From: Candidatus Cloacimonadales bacterium
Lineage (GTDB): Bacteria; Cloacimonadota; Cloacimonadia; Cloacimonadales; JAFGVF01
Length of the DNA: 64,000 nucleotides
Direction: 5' to 3'
Assembly: GCA_963662585.1 (NCBI GenBank)
Contig: OY759729.1
Location: forward strand, 1,952,001-2,016,000
Part shown: piece by piece, positions 62,638-64,000 of the stretch
Position numbering within the stretch: position 1 is the stretch's first letter
How the letters are laid out: each line of letters begins with the position of its first letter
Program-made: the position numbers and the translations under genes
The notes under the pieces: generated by a model
The model's database searches: none
What the model was told of the DNA's origin: nothing
The model's input: only the letters and a program-made list of their open reading frames with translations

Positions 62638-63744
62638 ATGAAAGTACAGTTATTAGATTTACATGCTCAATATGAAAATATTATGAGCGAAATTAAAGAA
62701 GAAATGGATAAAGTTTTTGCCCAACATAACTATATTTTAGGTAATCAAGTTCAAGATTTTGAAAAGACTATGGAAGATTATTTAGAAGCTAATCATGCTA
62801 TTAGCTGTGCTTCTGGTACTGATGCTTTGGTATTAGCTCTCAGAGCCTTAAAAGTAGGTCCTGGTGATGAAGTAATTACTACTCCTTTTACCTTCTTTGC
62901 TACAGCTGGCTCTATTTCTAGAGTTGGGGCAAAACCAGTTTTTGTTGATGTTGATAAAGATACTTTCAATATTGACCCAGAATTAATTGAAGCTGCTATA
63001 ACAGATAAAACTAAAGCAATTATCCCTGTTCATCTCTTTGGTCAACCAGCTGAAATGGACAAAATAATGGCTATTGCTAAGAAACATAATCTTAAAGTAA
63101 TTGAAGATAATGCTCAAGGTATTGGTTCAAAATTTGCTGGAAAATATTCAGGTACTATCGGTGATATCGGAACCCTCTCTTTCTTCCCAAGTAAGAATCT
63201 TGGTTGTATGGGAGATGGTGGAATGTGTCTTACTCAAGACCAACAATTAGCAAAAGATTTAGTTCAGCTTAGAAAACATGGGGAAGATCCAAAGTATATC
63301 CATAAATGGGTTGGTTATAATAGTCGCTTAGATACCCTGCAAGCTGCAGTTCTAAATGTTAAGATTAAATATTTAGAAGAGTGGTCAGAAGGTAGAAGAA
63401 AAAATGCAAAATTATATTATGATAAATTAGCTGATGTTAAAGAGATAAAATTACCTGTGATTCATGAGAAAGCTACAACTGTTTATAACCAATTTACTCT
63501 TCAAGCTGAAAGAAGAGAAGAATTAATGGCTTTCTTGAAAGAGAATGAGATTGGTTGCGCTATTTATTATCCAAAACCACTTCATATCCAAGAATGTTTT
63601 GAAGATTTAGGCTATAAAGTTGGTGATTTACCAATATCTGAAGACTTAGCTAAGAAAGTAGTTTCTATCCCAATTTATACAGAACTTCCTGAAGAGCATC
63701 AGCTTTTCGTTATAGAAAAAATAAGAGAATTTTACCAAAAATAA
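62638..63744 (+). CDS. DegT/DnrJ/EryC1/StrS family sugar aminotransferase
   Basis: SGTDAL, PVHLFGQ, IEDNAQ, SFFPSKNLG and NSRLDTLQAA. Confidence 0.96.
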   Translation: MKVQLLDLHAQYENIMSEIKEEMDKVFAQHNYILGNQVQDFEKTMEDYLEANHAISCASGTDALVLALRALKVGPGDEVITTPFTFFATAGSISRVGAKPVFVDVDKDTFNIDPELIEAAITDKTKAIIPVHLFGQPAEMDKIMAIAKKHNLKVIEDNAQGIGSKFAGKYSGTIGDIGTLSFFPSKNLGCMGDGGMCLTQDQQLAKDLVQLRKHGEDPKYIHKWVGYNSRLDTLQAAVLNVKIKYLEEWSEGRRKNAKLYYDKLADVKEIKLPVIHEKATTVYNQFTLQAERREELMAFLKENEIGCAIYYPKPLHIQECFEDLGYKVGDLPISEDLAKKVVSIPIYTELPEEHQLFVIEKIREFYQK

Positions 63745-63756
63745 GAGGAATTAGTA

Positions 63757-64000
63757 ATGAATATTATAGTATGTATTAAACAGGTTCCAGATACTAATGA
63801 AATTAAAATAGACCCAGTAACAAATACTTTAATTAGAGAAGGTGTTGAGAGTATTTTGAATCCTTTTGATACCTACGCTTTAGAAGAAGCAATTAGATTA
63901 AAAGAGACTCATGGTGGCAAGGTGATTGCTATTACTATGGGACCTCCTCAAGCAGAGAGTGTGCTTAAAGAAGCAGTTTCTCTTGGAGTAGATGAAATTT
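63757..64000 (+). CDS. etfB: Electron transfer flavoprotein beta subunit (3' partial; not in the ORF track)
   Basis: Translated by hand: MNIIVCIKQVPDTNEIKIDPVTNTLIREGVESILNPFDTYALEEAIRLKETHGGKVIAITMGPPQAESVLKEAVSLGVDEI; RBS GAGG. Confidence 0.95.
   Translation, partial: MNIIVCIKQVPDTNEIKIDPVTNTLIREGVESILNPFDTYALEEAIRLKETHGGKVIAITMGPPQAESVLKEAVSLGVDEI

Overview
AT-rich bacterial chromosomal segment read in the standard code. By protein content it probably belongs to the FCB superphylum, and Cloacimonadota is my best guess (inference only). It is mostly housekeeping and envelope genes: RND permease (5' partial), pgeF, DUF342, tricorn-like S41 protease, dnaE, two GWxTD proteins, yraN, ackA, PorU-like C25 protein, priA, lpxK, lnt, recJ, obgE, dprA, serpin, stand-alone fusA, S9 peptidase, sugar-modification/export genes and etfB (3' partial). 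Three things stand out. (1) An 11-kb operon (17977-29280) encodes a beta-barrel-like protein, a giant TPR protein, a small secreted protein, TolQ, two TolR proteins and a GltG/PglI-like protein. This matches the layout of the Agl-Glt motor core known from myxobacterial gliding. (2) There is a rich non-coding repeat system: a four-copy 252-bp tandem array (9758-10784) built from several REP-like hairpin modules, which recur shuffled and nested at 2753-2877, 43688-44371 and 51433-51564. (3) A dispersed hairpin with a fixed 32-nt loop and pairing-preserving substitutions sits at 8280 and 40044, possibly also 59723. I saw no tRNA, rRNA, CRISPR array, cas gene or transposase. All family assignments come from motif recognition by eye, not from database searches.
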